Assembly (NCBI GenBank): GCA_009103225.1
Contig: RHPI01000260.1
Location: 786,317 to 850,316 of the forward strand
Length of the DNA stretch: 64,000 nt
Source: Chlorokybus atmophyticus
Lineage: Eukaryota > Plantae > Mesostigma and Chlorokybus algae
Reading direction: 5' to 3'
Shown: one piece after another, positions 11,421 through 24,910 of the stretch
How positions within the stretch are numbered: position 1 is the first letter of the stretch
How the letters are laid out: each line of letters starts with the position of its first letter
Made by a program: the position numbers and the translations under genes
Notes under the pieces: model-generated
What the model was told of the DNA's origin: nothing
The model's input: only the letters and a program-made list of their open reading frames with translations
The model's database searches: none

Positions 11421-13725
11421 TAAAGACATTTAGATGAGTGCCCTGTACAGTAGCGTGTAGCACATTCTTCAGTGACATTCTTGGTTGGACTGCTGATCAG
11501 TCAGCAACAAGGCTTGCTGATGTGAGCTGGTAATTTTGCGGTGTGTCGCAATTACGCACGCAAGACAAGGCAGAGCTGTGATGGTCACTTGCGTGGTGCA
11601 TCCATTGAACCTGTATTTTCAAACCAGGTCTTGTATGACACCAGGCATGGAAGTGGTCGGCAAGGCAAAGCCGCCACTAGCCGAGGCTCTTCTCCTTGAC
11701 TGGGCACTGGTTGGCGGAGATGTATAACAACATTACATGCGCGTAAGACCGATATGACATTCGCATTCGCACTCTCACCCAACCAGATTGCTTACACCAT
11801 GTCAAAACACCTTCCACACCACAACCAACTGAAGCAAGCACTGCGTCCAAGCACCAAACTGGAGAAACGCCGGCAGACGCAGGATCAAACCGAGGTGGTG
11901 CTGTCCAACTTCTCTCGTCGCGTTTGCCTACAGAGACGTTGAGCCTGTGCACCCCGCGACCACCACCACAACTGCCGCCGCCGCCGCCGCTACCATCAGC
12001 TCTGCCATACGGTGAAAGCAAGAGCAACTCCACCCCCTAACGTTATTCAGGTATATTATATGCTCACAGCAGCAGGTACTTGAGTAGCGTGACAAGTAAC
12101 ACGTTTACGTGCGTTGGGTAGGGGGTAATAGCCCAGACTAACGTGACACACTCGTGCGCCAATGCATGTGGCGGGTTTTGGTGCCCCCCCGCTTCCTTTT
12201 TGGGGCTCCGCTAAGCCCTCAACTAAGCCGGCTGCTTGGGGGGGCAGGGTCTACGCTGTTGGGGCGGCGTCGTAGTGGTCGTGGTGGCGGTGGTCGCTTG
12301 CTTGCGTGCTTCGGCAGCTGGCTGGGTGGTAGCTGGGAGCAGTGCTCATGTAGATAGAATTGAGCTGGCTGGGTGGGTGGAGTGTGCTTTGGAGGAACAC
12401 CACAGCTTGGAGGTAATATAGCAGTCCACTAGAGTTAAGGGACTTCGTCATTGAAGCATGCATGCCTGCATGCCTGCATGCATGTTTTCAGTTGAGAGCG
12501 AGCTTCAGCATGGTGCCTTAGGAGCCGACATGCATTCCTTGCATGCTCAGTGTCGTGACGCAGTAGTGGTGTTGAACACTCGACTCGAACTGTGCACTTT
12601 GAAGCTGTTCAAAAACAGTTGCGTTCCACAAATCAATGGCACATCCTTTTCAGCGTTGAGGGCAGTGCGATGTACCAAAACTGTGACATTGTACGTGTGG
12701 CAGAGCTCTGCGTTGTGTAGAAGGTCAAGCGTGACGTCTAGTCGTCTATTGCTGGCTCAGAGACAAGTGTGACTTGACTCAACACAAGGTGCAGCCTTTA
12801 TAAGCATGCAAGACAAGTAGTTGCGAGGGACGTAATATGAGCGCCTTGCACTGCAACTGGCCGTCACGGATCAACCGTGGGTGTACGTTACACTGTTGCT
12901 GCCACAATATATGGCAACTTCCTGGTCTGCAGCCCTGATCTAATGAGCCAAGTAGTTCCGTGTCACAGAGACTATAGTTTGCATGCAAGCCTACAGATTT
13001 TTCAAAAGGACTCCCATGCCGGCAATAAGCACACCAGGCTAGACCAGGCCAGCCCAGAATCGAAGTGGTTGCAGTAGCAACAGCTCACCTTTTTACTGAC
13101 ACACACTTCCCTACAGTGAACCAGTCTCCTTGCCAAGTAGAAGCCGAACATAGTCACTTCACAAGCGTCGCTGAAAGCCATAACCGCGTTGTGCTGCTTG
13201 CACACTCTGTCATGGTGCATTGCCACATGCACGTTTCAGCAACCATGCGCTGCTTACCACTCACCCGTTTACAGTGTTTGCGCTACGAAAGTGCGGTGCT
13301 GTGCATGGTAAAAGCTTAAAACTGATTAGGTTACAGTGCGTTGCACCGTTTTGTACAGTCCTCGGTGTTGTCAGAGGGTTGCAGTTGATAGCAGCTGTGT
13401 ATGTAACCAGGTGCCGTTTCTGCGTCATTCCGCCAGTACGGTGTGATTCTCGGGTGCTTTTGTTAGTGTCCATGTTTAAGATTGGCTAAGTTTTACAGAG
13501 GCATGTTCTTGCAGCTGTCTGGATGACACCTTGCGTTGGGTCCAGGCACTGAGCCAGTGTTGGTTTCCTTTGCAAATGGCCACGGAATCCAAGTCAGACT
13601 CTCTTGGCTGAAGTGAAGGCCACGCGGGGGATCCTTCTTCTCGAGTTTCACAGCAACTACTTGTATCCAGCTGTACAGCGTCAACTTGACTGCTGGTTGC
13701 GGAGCGATCCAGAGCAGAGTGTACA

Positions 13726-16700
13726 ATGGAAACAGAACAAGGCGCTCTGGCTCAAATCACCCATCAATACGCTGACATAGCAGAGGAGGTAAGCATTGTG
13801 ATTGCCCTTGCTTACCTCCTCTGCTATTCTTACATTGAATGCGAAGACAGCAACCTCACGTTGTTATCAGCAAGCGCAAGCGGGAGATCCACATGGAGAC
13901 AGCGTGACTGTGTCTCTCGAACCATCACATGCAAACATACGCACACCTGATGTCGCTGCAGAGGAGCCGTCGCATATCTGCCACGAGTGCGGCAAGAGTT
14001 TTTGGACCAGAAGGTCCCTGCTGGGGCACCAGATTCATCATCGTAGTGCTTCAATGAAAGGTATGCAATCGTGCCATACTGATTTCCATTGCATTGCAGC
14101 ACAGCTAAGTCGTGTGCATTTTGAGTTGCAGATATGGTTGAAAGCAAGAAGCTGAACCGGCTCAAGAAGAAGACAAAGAAATGTCAGCCACATGCACTGC
14201 CACGCTCAGTTCAAGTTGTAGTGATTTGTCACACGAAGAGTTAGTTCTGTTGCAAGTAGTCTGATATTAAACCTTGTTGGCTTGTTCAGTAACAAGCATT
14301 GAAGCTCCCGGCAGCGATGAAGTGCAATCACAGCCGCAAGCAGAACTGCAGCTCGTATTTGCTCAGTCGCAGCCTGAAGCTGAAGAGCAGAGAGAGCAGA
14401 CACCTGCGTTGGAGCGAGAGCAGCATCATGATCAGGCAGGCAGTGACAGCTGTCACCAGGCTTCCACAGCTGGTCCATCTCAGCCTGCACAGCCAACACT
14501 GAATGGTAATCAGCATGATATCAAGGATCAGCCCGAAGCTGCTGAGCCACGTAGCAGAGTCAAGAAGCGGAAGATCAAGCCACGCTCAAACCGTGCACCC
14601 GATGGTAGCTGGGTATGCGACATATGCCACGCGCGATTTAGCGACGGACAGTCTCTTGGCGGTCACAAAACTGGCCACCATTATCAAAGTAAGGCTTGCT
14701 GCTTACGCGCACACACGCACGCGTGCGCACGTGCTTACACAACACTTCCCTTCCCTCTTCATTGCATGCCATGCACCCAATACAAAGCACACATGCACGC
14801 ACGCTTGCGTGCACACACACACGTTGACTGTCCGCAAGTGAGGCTCACTCCCTCAGCTGCTCACCCACGCGCTCTCTATCTTGCACAGGCATGCACGCAT
14901 GCATGTGGGCACGCACACCAAGTTACTGGATCTGACCTCCATGTGACTGATAGGACGGCAGGCAAAGATGCGTGCCGCGGACATGGCGACCGTCAACGCA
15001 GCAGCGCTATACGCCGTGCAAGGAGGAGGAAATTACGCACCGTCAACTAAACCTACCACAAACGCGATCACGCCAGACACGGCTTTACCAACCCAAGCTC
15101 AAGTGGCATTGCCCGCCGGGCCTACGAAGCACAAACTGACAGCAACAGCCTCCTTCAGCCACGCAGGAGGACAGCAATCAGAGAAGGTGGTTCACATCTT
15201 GTCACCAAGCGCACCGTTGAACATAAAAGCAGCAGCTAGACTCAGCCCCATCCACGAAGCCCTGCCGACCACTTCTGAAGCTCCTGTAAACGTTCCCAGC
15301 ACAGCCTCTTTGGAACGTACTGCACCAAGCCATGCATTTAGGTGAGTGTAGTGTGGACTCAACGATCTCATGCTGTGTCAACTCTTGTTGCCAAACTGTG
15401 TTGCAATTCATCTTACACATGCATGCGCACGCACACGCACACCCACGTGCACAGACATGCACAGGCATGATGGTTACTGCAGTGAGTCTTTTGCGCAAGC
15501 GGAGGCCGCATTGCAGTCACCTGTTGCGAAGCGGCTGCGTCCAACTCGAGTCGCGAAGAGGTTCCCTGAAGACTCGCTGGCTGCTGCTTCGCATGCGTCA
15601 AAGAAAAGGTTGAAAAGATCCAAAGCCAGTGTCAACACGCGCCAAAACTCCTCAAAGCACTCACGGTACCAACAGATGCTCCGTGGCCAAGGCAGTTCAA
15701 CCACGTTGTAACTCAGCACACGTTGTTCACATGCTGGCAGGCTGGTTCGCGAGAGAAAAGCAACAAACGTCAACAACAGTCCTTCCAATGGCGTGCAAGG
15801 CGATAGAAGCTTTGCAGCCCGCAGAAGCGTCGCGCACTCTGCCAGTAGATCCATCGCACAGACTGCTGCATCAACAGCGTTTGTGGACTCCACTTACGAT
15901 GAACAAGACTTGCTGCCTGGCAGCGCCATGGCTGTCATCCCCGAAGGTGAGAACACTCTCAAGGATGTGTATCCACAACTGTTAAGTCACTTGTAACTCA
16001 CGCTCGGCGAGTCTCCCTTTGTCAGCGCTCACTCGAACGACAGTGACGCCAGCTGGCGATGATATTGACAGCATGGGCACACTTTCCGACTCCGACTGCG
16101 ACACGTACACTGAGTACCTGAAGGGTTCAGAGACTGCCGCCAGCGTGCATGTGCTCACACCGCCACAAGCAACTGCGACCGTGACGGTGAGTTTGTTGCA
16201 TCTGTGCATGCCAGTGACAGGATGAAGATTGTAACAGTCATAGTGTTGCACACGCAGCCAAGGCGCAGTCCTGCTAGACTGCCTGGAAGCCTGCCAGCTG
16301 GATGGATAAGGCTATTGGCGCAGCGCAACGATGGTGAAGGGTATGGCAACACTGCTGAGAACTGGCATTGTCACAAGTCCAGTGGATTTCTTGTCCTGTG
16401 ATCAACAACTCTCATCGTCAACCTCATGCTCTGTGTTCTGCAGCATCTATGCTGTGTGCTATCGCACGCCCTGCGGCTGCCTGCTCTGGTCTCAGCAAGA
16501 TATGAAAAACTTCCTTCTGACCAAAGCTGGCGACACTGACTATTGGCATGTGACACCTCTGCAGGTTCATTACACGTGATGTTGTGTGCTGTTCCGTCTC
16601 ATCGCCAGCCTGTTGAGCACTCACTGCGTACTTGTTGCACAGTTCTCCTTCAACCTGAACCAACCGCTCGGCATGCCGATGCCAACTCAAGCAGCATCTG

Positions 16701-17657
16701 GTCAGCATTCCATGGTGGAGTGGTCCAGAACAGGCGAGCCGGCCGGGTTTGATGCCATGCGCCTTGCTTTGCCACGCCTGCAACACGAGAGGCAGCCGGA
16801 GTTTTTGTTCCACACACCAGTGAGCATGCTGGCTGTTTACTTGTTTGTCGCACAATACCTTTGTGGTTGACCTCTAACATATGCTGTTGTCAGCACTATC
16901 CCAGATTGGGGCCGCAACAGCAAGGAGCAGAGCGGAGCTGGCACATGCGCGCAATCCATGAAGAGGTGAGCATACATCCTAGTTTAAGCGTGTCACACAC
17001 CCAGAGACACGTCCACATGCACGCACGCAGGCAGGTGCAGACACGCATGTGCACACGCATACGTGCTTGGTGGGTCGCATCATTGTTACACTGTAACTGT
17101 GATTATGATCAGGCTGTCGAGGACCAACCAATGTGTAGCCCAACTGCTGCGGCTTCATTTGCAAACGATTTGGACGTCTTCAAGGTTAACTCTCTTTGAC
17201 AATTACTGACATAATGCACGTGCAAAACGTTTGCCCACGTTCAACAATCACCTATGCGTTGCCGGTAACAGGAGAGGAGGCAGTCCTTTGAGAAGTACCT
17301 AAACTCTCCGCCAGAGGTGGAACTGGCCACTGAAGTGGAGACCTCCATGGCCACAGCTGTCACCGACTCAGACTTGGACGTACTATCAGCTTTGCTACAA
17401 GTAAGGTAGGCGAGATCCCCTTTCTGAAAGGCAAGGCAGTGCTTCCCAACCAATTTGAGTATTAGAGCACAGAGTTGCGCGCAGTTTTCAAAGGACCAAA
17501 CATGAGGGTTGGTTTCCTTAACAGGGATGCGGCAGCCATGATAGCAAGACACGACCGCGACAATGACGTTGATGATGAAGCCTTTGAGCGCAGCGCGCAA
17601 GCACTAAATGAAGCGCTACACGAGACCGCGCGTGTTGCCCAAGCACTCCCCAGCTAG
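13726..17657 (+). CDS. Nuclear protein with two C2H2 zinc fingers and a methyl-CpG-binding-domain (MBD)-like module, multi-exon
   Basis: Fingers CHECGKSFWTRRSLLGHQIHH (13979-14041) and CDICHARFSDGQSLGGHKTGH (14616-14678). The MBD-like sequence LPAGWIRLLAQRNDGEG|IYAVCYRTPCGCLLWSQQDMKNFL...Q|FSF spans three phase-compatible exons (16291-16654). A basic KKRK motif is present. Confidence 0.8.
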
Positions 17658-17824
17658 AGATAGCACATAAACAGAGTTGCAGACTAGTATCGTTCTGAAC
17701 AATTGTTCAGAGTCCAGTTCTCACTTGTAATGCTGGTTGTGTGTACACACAACCAGGCTGTGAGTAAACGCAAGTGTTCAGCAACAAATTGTCTCATGCT
17801 GCCCCTATGTGCCGTGTACAAGTG

Positions 17825-18327
17825 CTATGACAGGTACTCAGCGGGTATGGGCGCCCGCGCCGCCTGATCGAAGTTCCATAACTCCTGCCGCAACGACTCC
17901 AACTCAGCTTCGTCCACTAAATCCTCCGTCCCTTCTTCAACGCCCTGCGCCTGGAAAGAGAGAGAGGTTTGTTGGTGCACACACTGTGCATGTGGTGTGT
18001 GGCATACATGTACAGGTTGTTCCACAAACGACTTTTACTTCTTCATGCGCGATACTAGCGCAAACGATAATGACTGTCAGTCTCGGCTTAACAACACAGA
18101 CCAATCCGACAGAGAGAATTGGACATTATGGACGAATCTGCTGGGCGACTTTTATACCAACTAATGCAGATTGGGCTGATAATTAGCAAGATACCATACC
18201 CACCTCCATGTCGTCTAGCAGGCCCAGGGTGTGCTGCAGCACCTGCGCGACCTCCGCCCTGTCGCCGCTGCCATGCCTGCAGCACGTCTCCAAGCCCAAA
18301 ACCTGCCAGAACCAGCTCATAAATACG

Positions 18328-18400
<73 letters not shown>

Positions 18401-20171
18401 GGCACCGCGCGCATGTACTACATGTACTGTGATGTACATGTCGTTCGTGTAGGGGCGCAGACGTGTATTGCGAGCTCAGTCTCTGTGATTGTGTAAATAT
18501 GTTGAGAAGGAGACAACATGGTCTGTGACAGGGCATTATACCTCAGTCTCCAAGGCTTCAAGGTACTCCAGAGCAGGACACAGCCACGCAACGCACTCCC
18601 TTGCTGTTTCAAGCTCTGTGTCCGAGTGCGCCCGAGTGAGTCTACCAGTCCTCTATGCGTGCCAGTGTTTTCTTTCTCATGCATGTGTGCACAACCACTC
18701 GTACCTGTCAGCAGGTACATTGGCAACGTGTCGCCATGCAGCGCTCTCAACCTCTGCTCCAGCCTGCAGACACACAGTCGCAACCAACCTTCTGCTAAGT
18801 AGTCGTGCGGACATGCACACAACAAACATCCCATCCATCTTGCGCAAAACCCCACCTTATGCACGCTTCCGTCAACGCAGCTGCAGAAGCGTCCTTTCCC
18901 GCAATCATCTGTCAAAACAGACACAACACTTGGTTGCTGGCCTCCCCCACCAACATTGTCACAATGTGTACCTTCACTACCAAAGTGTCCCACCTTGCGT
19001 GCGAGTTCGATGGCTCTCTGCACCTCCTCTAGCTCGTCCGCCAGACGTACGCCCTCGCGCCGCGCCTTGTCCAGCGCACGAAGCGTGGTGGTGGAAGGAA
19101 GAAGCGGGGGAGGTTGAGCCTGCAGGACAGTACTATTGACAAGGTTCGCGTACTCTTGTTGTTGCTTGCAGGCAAGGGAGATTGCATGCGTACGCGTGTA
19201 TGTGCACGCGCACACGCACATACACGCATTCCGTCGACGTTCTCTTGTACGCAAGCGCATGCGTGCGTGCGCACGTTAGCATGTGTGATTGCATGCGTAT
19301 ATTCGTGTGTGGCATTCAACGTCATGTACCAGTTTGATTAGATTGTGCTCTTCTTTGGCAACTTCTCGCCAGTGTTTCTCCAACTCCATAACCTGTGCAC
19401 AGAACAGAGCACCCGCACCTAGTCACTAAATGCAGAAGAGATTGAAGCCAGCAACAGTTGTGTATCATGCAGTGTGGGTACGCGTGCACCTGCTCGCGAA
19501 GCTTGTCCAACCTCGTTCGCAGCTCGCGCTTTGGCTCTGACGCTTGCCTGAGTGCATCTGTTTCCCAAACACACGACAAGTATGTACACTTGAACACTAT
19601 GCAGAATGTCAACCAAAGTATGACTGTCTTGCGCGTGACGTACCCATCCATTCTCCAAGCTCCCTCCCGTCTTCTGCCGCCAGTACATAGGTGGCCCGCT
19701 TCACCTCACCCTTCTTCGCAACCTCATTCAACCTGTGACAGACATCAACACAAATTTGTCAAGACTACATCCAGAACCAATGTTTGTTGATCTGTATCAT
19801 GGCGTCAGCTGGTTGTTGCCCACCTGAGAGTGAAAGCGTACTCTCTTTTCGGCAGTGGCGACGGCACGATTGCGCACGCTTCAAGCGGGAGCGTCCCGAC
19901 AGCATCCCCCTTCTCCTGTGTGCCAAGCAGTGAGTGAGTGAGTAAATCATTCACACACCAACAACTGACTCAATGAACTAACAAGTGTCTCTCTCTCACG
20001 TATGCTGAGCGTGACTGAAAGTAGAAGAGCATGCAGTCCCGCACGACAAAGTGGCGACGCTTCCACGAAGAGGCCTTCCCGGGCGGCCCTTGCTTCGAGA
20101 GTGTGCCGGTCTTCTCGGGTGGGTACCATAACGAACGCTGGGGAAGAGCGGTTGTGGTTGTGTGTGTGTGT

Positions 20172-20204
<33 letters not shown>

Positions 20205-20520
20205 ATNNNNNNNNNNNNNNNNNNNNNNNNNNNNNNNNNNNNNNNNNNNNNNNNNNNNNNNNNNNNNNNNNNNNNNNNNNNNNNNNNNNNNNNNNNNNNN
20301 NGGGGGGGGGGGGGGGGGGGGGGGGAGGGGTATTGGTGACATGAGGTATGACAGGGAAAGGCAGATTGTGGCAAATTTGTACGACAGTGATAGACACCGT
20401 TTCATCAAGGTAAAGCATGTGTCGTGATTTAGTTTGAGAAACGAGTGCACGAATGGAGACACCTGCGAGGCGTGCGTGCGTGCGCGTGCGTAAAGTGTAT
20501 TTGACTGGTACCAGTGACAT
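17825..20520 (-). CDS. PH-domain protein with a coiled-coil, Snf7/ESCRT-III-like C-terminal half, multi-exon (start codon uncertain)
   Basis: PH: EKTGTLSKQGPPGKASSWKRRHFVVRDCMLFYF, GTLPLEAC, YAFTL, YVLAAEDGRELGEWM. C-terminal helices: LARKMIAGKDASAAAL...LEQRLRALHG. Acidic tail: EDLVDEAELESL. Confidence 0.75.
18329..18397. repeat. Compound (CA)n(TA)n microsatellite in an intron
   Basis: Directly visible dinucleotide runs. Confidence 0.95.
20172..20328. other. Assembly gap (95 N, 20207-20301) flanked by poly-G tracts, probably intronic
   Basis: N run bordered by long G homopolymers. Confidence 0.95.
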
Positions 20521-21419
20521 TGGTTGCGAAAGGGCAGGACTAACTGGATAGCTCAATGAGTAAAGACTTCATTATCAGTTGGACGATGTGCAGAGTGTAT
20601 TCGCAGCAGCACGGAGGAGATTATGCAAATTTATTCTCGCATTTGCGATGCGGTGTCTACTTGTGCAATGTTGACTTACCTTGTTCTCCATGCAGGAAGG
20701 CCGTTGTTGTGGGGTAGATCAACTCCGATCCGGATTAATCTTGCACTTGTCTTCAAGATTCCGCCCTTGCACGCATCCATCACTCCTGCTCCCTCATCCT
20801 TGGCACTGATCTATCACCCCACAACATGCAGCTGCTCAAGGTGCTGCGCACTTGTTGTTCCACAGGGAGAGTGAGTTGCTCAGCTCTGCCTTGCCTCAGG
20901 TACACTACACTCCTTGTTACAACCGAGCCTACACCTCTGATTGAGCGACTCTGCCTGCCCTTGCATACAACAACACCACTGCCAGCTGGCAGGCAGTGCT
21001 GCCTTGGCTCCTGCTGCGCATGCAACCTGCAATGCAAAGCCCACCCCAAAGCCAAGGCAGAAAGAAAGCAGAGTCATCCAGTATTCAGCGGCGCGACGAT
21101 TCAGTTCTCTCTTCACCTGCGGCGCGGCATACAGCAAGGGTTCTGTACGCGATATCTGCCTGACGGCGACGTAATATCGGCAAGACTGTGATGAAATGCC
21201 CCTGTCCTGCCCCTGCTGCCACGTGGCAGCGGTAGCAGCGGCGGCGGCGGCGGCGGTGCGTAGAGCAGCAGGTGCCTGCGTGTGCTCAGTTGGAGCTGAA
21301 AGTAGCGGTGCCCTGCGTGTATATCTGAGGCAGGAGTCAGGGCATTGAAGTGGCACTAGTTAGGGTCAATCGGAGCTTGGGTTGGACGCTAAGGGTGTTG
21401 GACTCGTCCTTGCTCACTC

Positions 21420-22784
21420 ATGGTGAGCTGCATTTTCATGCAGGCACGAGTGGCATAAGTTTTGACTACTGGTCAACATCACTCGTATGAGGTGTCAGTC
21501 ATTTGCGTGCAAGCTAATTATGAGCACATTGTATGAGTAAATCAACAGTATATCACCAGGTACACAATGCTACAATTCTACAATTGCTGCAACTGCAACA
21601 TCATGATGTCAACGCTTGATGCATGTTGAATATGTTGAAAACAGTAGTGCTGCTTATCTCTTATTCCACTCAGAATACTATTGCGTGTGTCGCTCTTAGA
21701 GATCACTTGCGATCACTTAAGCTTTGCATGCCGCGTGTTTCATCTGCTGCATAGCCAACCACATTCATGATCAATTGACTCCATGAGCAGTTGCTTTGTT
21801 GTCCTTCACATTTTGCTCAATAACATCACCATTCAGGCGTCACGCACGCGGCTTTTCAAAGAGTACAAGGAGCTCCAGCGCGACAAAGGCGCCGCGGCCG
21901 ATGCCGACATCAACCTTGTGCCAGACGAGAACGACATATATAGATGGACAGCATTCATCAAGGTGAATGAGCGCAAAGTAGTAGCCAACAGGGCACATGA
22001 CACAAACAACATATGGAGGCGTGTTTTAGTTGATTATACAACTACGGTAGTGCACTGGTAGATTCAGTTTATTCGTGTTTGTTGTTGTGTGTGTTTCAAG
22101 TGTATCAGACTGTGTTGTGGTTGATATGCAGGGTCCTGAGGGCACGCCCTACGTGGGTATGACGTACGAGGTCTCCCTCCACGTGCCAGAGCAGTACCCG
22201 ATGGTGCCGCCTGGCGCAAAGTTCAGGACCAAGATCTTCCATCCAAACGTCCATTTCAAGGTGCGCACGTGCATCTTTGGTCAAGCACTTGGTTGACATG
22301 CGCGTGCACGTGCACAGAGACACGTACTCGCGCGTACACATACGCGCACATGCGCGCACGTGCATACACTCGCACATGCACATGAACCCACGCTGTCACG
22401 CCGTGTTTGCTCACATCCACATGCGCACGTACCCGCACATACACTTCACACACACACATGACTGTGCACACCCCTCATCAGACGGGTGAGATTTGCCTGG
22501 ACATCTTGAAGTCTGCGTGGACACCCGCGTGGACACTACAATCCGTCTGCCGGGCCATAACGGCTCTCATGGGCTGTCCCGAGCCCGACAGCCCTCTCAA
22601 CTGCGACTGCGGTGAGTGGAATGGAAAGTGGTAAACTCTCATCATGTTGGGATAACAGATAGTCAGTTGATGAAGTATGTTGATTTTGTTGGCAGGTAAT
22701 CTGTTGCGGGCGGGCGATTATAGGGCGTACAAGTCGGTGGCGAGGATGTACACGCAGTTGGCGCAGCAGCAGCAGTTGAGGTGA
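21420..22784 (+). CDS. PEX4: Ubiquitin-conjugating enzyme E2, peroxin 4 (PEX4/UBC21 type)
   Basis: M|ASRTRLFKEYKELQRDK, WTAFIK|GPEGTPY, FRTKIFHPNVHFK|TGEICLDILKSAWTPAWTL (HPN motif and catalytic Cys), PEPDSPLNCDC|GNLLRAGD. Confidence 0.92.
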
Positions 22785-23264
22785 AGTAGTAGGTAGGGCG
22801 TTTTATGGACGGAGTTGGTGGGTGAGATGCACAGTATTGCTGCAGGGTGTCAGCACATTGTATATTGTATATAAGCAACACGGTTTAGTGAGATCTGGCA
22901 CTAAAGTTCATAAATACTTGGTTTCATATGGTTTTCTTGTAAGCCTCGTTGCTTCCTGTGGGCTAGCACGACATGTTGTAAGTTGTCGTTCCCAGTCAGT
23001 AAAATTGTGTGCATTATTACATAGCTGTCCAGCCCAATGTGCAGGCAGTGTAGTTGTGTAGGCGTGCTTGCATGCCGCTGGCATGCGTGTGAGTATGCTT
23101 GTGCAGTGATAGGCAGGGATGACAGCACGTAGCTTGCTGTGACGATGTTGCTGTTAGTGGAGAGAGAGAATGTGCAGGCAGTGAGTGTATTGCAGCTGCT
23201 TCATTGGTGCATGGACACTACCGTGTGCAGTGACTGGTGCTTCCTGGCTGTCAATGTTAAATGG

Positions 23265-23760
23265 TATTCACGATAGTGATAGCCGTCACTATCACTATCA
23301 CTATCACTATCACTATCACCTTGTGACATTACCAACCTAAGTGGTAATCGTAGCAATAGTAATAGTGATAGACGTCTCTCACTATCACTATCACTATCAC
23401 TATCACGACCACTACCACTAGCAGTACCACTATTACTGTCACTATCACGATAGTGACGTCTATGACTATCACTACTACTATCACTATGTTCATCACTACC
23501 ACTATTAGACCTAGCAGTACCACTACTACTATCAAGATAGTCGTCTATCTCTATCACTATCACTATCGCTACCACTATCACCATGTATATCACTATGGCT
23601 ACCATTACCACTATCCCTAGCAGTACCACTATCACTATGACTATCACGATAGTGACGTCTATTATTATCACTATCACTACCGCTATCACTATATACATCA
23701 CTATCACTATTACCATCACCATCGTAGTAACTAGGGCTAGTAATAACAATAGTGGTAGTT
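23265..23760. repeat. Degenerate (CACTAT/CTATCA)n minisatellite with higher-order blocks
   Basis: Hexamer array with recurring CTAGCAGTACCACT and ATCACGATAGTGACGTCT blocks. A (CTAC)n run follows at about 23845-23875. Confidence 0.9.
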
Positions 23761-24662
23761 GTAGTGAAATTGTGGTATGGATAATGACAGTGACAGCATC
23801 AAGGGTAGTAATAACCTATTGCAACATAGGGATAGTGTAGGGATACCTACCTACCTACCTACCTACCTACCTACCTGTATTTTGTTGAAGTAATCACATT
23901 TCAGCCTCCATCTTGATTGCAGTTATATAAGGTTAAAATCAAGAAGTTTCATCTTCACAATCATCAGACCGCCTGCATTATGCAGTTACACTGACGAGGG
24001 TAATGACACTGTTGTAAGGATCAACACATGATTCGCCAATGCCACACAACTCAACATGACACATTGGTACACCAGCATCATGTCACCCGCAATTTGCTTT
24101 CTTCCTTTGTGCCAGCATGCGTGCAGCTTGCTATATCAAACAGTAGCAATAGCACGCCATGAGTGAGCTTTGAGCAACCCTAACCGCAAAGCATGCACGG
24201 GAGGCCATATACATTGTTTGCGCTTCACACCAACCATCCTGCTTCACCCAATCGCCAAGACGAAGTCCGCCCACCCCACCAGCCACATCAAACCGCCAAC
24301 ACCACAAAGACCACAACCTCTATGGACATTGACATACAAGCATCCGACACCACAAACTGCTGGTGCAAAGCGCTGTACCAGACCCCCAGCACGGCAAGGT
24401 CTCTGCAGGGCACCCACCAGACAGCGCTGCAAGGTCCCTGCGCGATGCAGTGCTGACGTTAACACTGCATGGCGAGGGTGACGAAGCCCGCAGCACATGC
24501 AATGCCTGCCTGAGCAGTGAAGATTGGCGAGACAGAGGGAGAGAGCGCGGGAGGGAGTCGTCGTCCTGCATGCTGCTGTGTTTGCTGCCCTACCCTTCAT
24601 CTCCGACTGCTATCCACGCACGTGTGGGCAGGTGTATACACTCCTGCATGCTGACTGTATGA

Positions 24663-24715
24663 CTAACGGGGTAGGCTAAGTTGTAGTGTAGCATAGCAAG
24701 TACTAGCCCGGTGGT
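24663..24715. repeat. Two-box dispersed repeat, copy 1 (further copies at 45225-45273 and 45483-45550)
   Basis: CTAACGGGGTAG followed 25-44 nt later by TAGCCCGGTGGT. Confidence 0.6.
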
Positions 24716-24910
24716 AAGCCATATGTTGTTGATATTGCATGTGAGTGTGGTGCATGTCACTGGCATGTCACAGCACACGATGCATGCCGACATAGTAGCA
24801 CACCCCTCTTGTACCCTTCTTGCAGTGGCATCGCTTACACGTCTACCCAACACTTTACACTTCACCCGCCAAACTTCGCCCGCCAGCCAAAATACTGCCT
24901 GCGCACGCCG

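Noticed and set aside
11536-13700. Possible gene between AIG2 and the zinc-finger gene
   Set aside because: There are several short ORFs on both strands but no coherent exon chain or recognisable motif.
16649-16666. EAR-like repressor motif FNLNQP in the zinc-finger gene
   Set aside because: It overlaps the FSF motif that ends the MBD-like domain and lacks the Asp of DLNxxP. The MBD reading is better supported.
19947-20556. Poly-Pro and poly-Gly ORFs containing X
   Set aside because: They arise from G homopolymers and the N gap in an intron.
20880-21356. 158-aa GTG-start ORF with a hydrophobic segment upstream of the PH gene
   Set aside because: It has no ATG in its GC-rich part and no domain. 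It may be 5' UTR or further PH-gene exons.
23201-23840. Long VIVIVI/SDSDSD/TITITI ORFs
   Set aside because: They are translations of the hexamer minisatellite.
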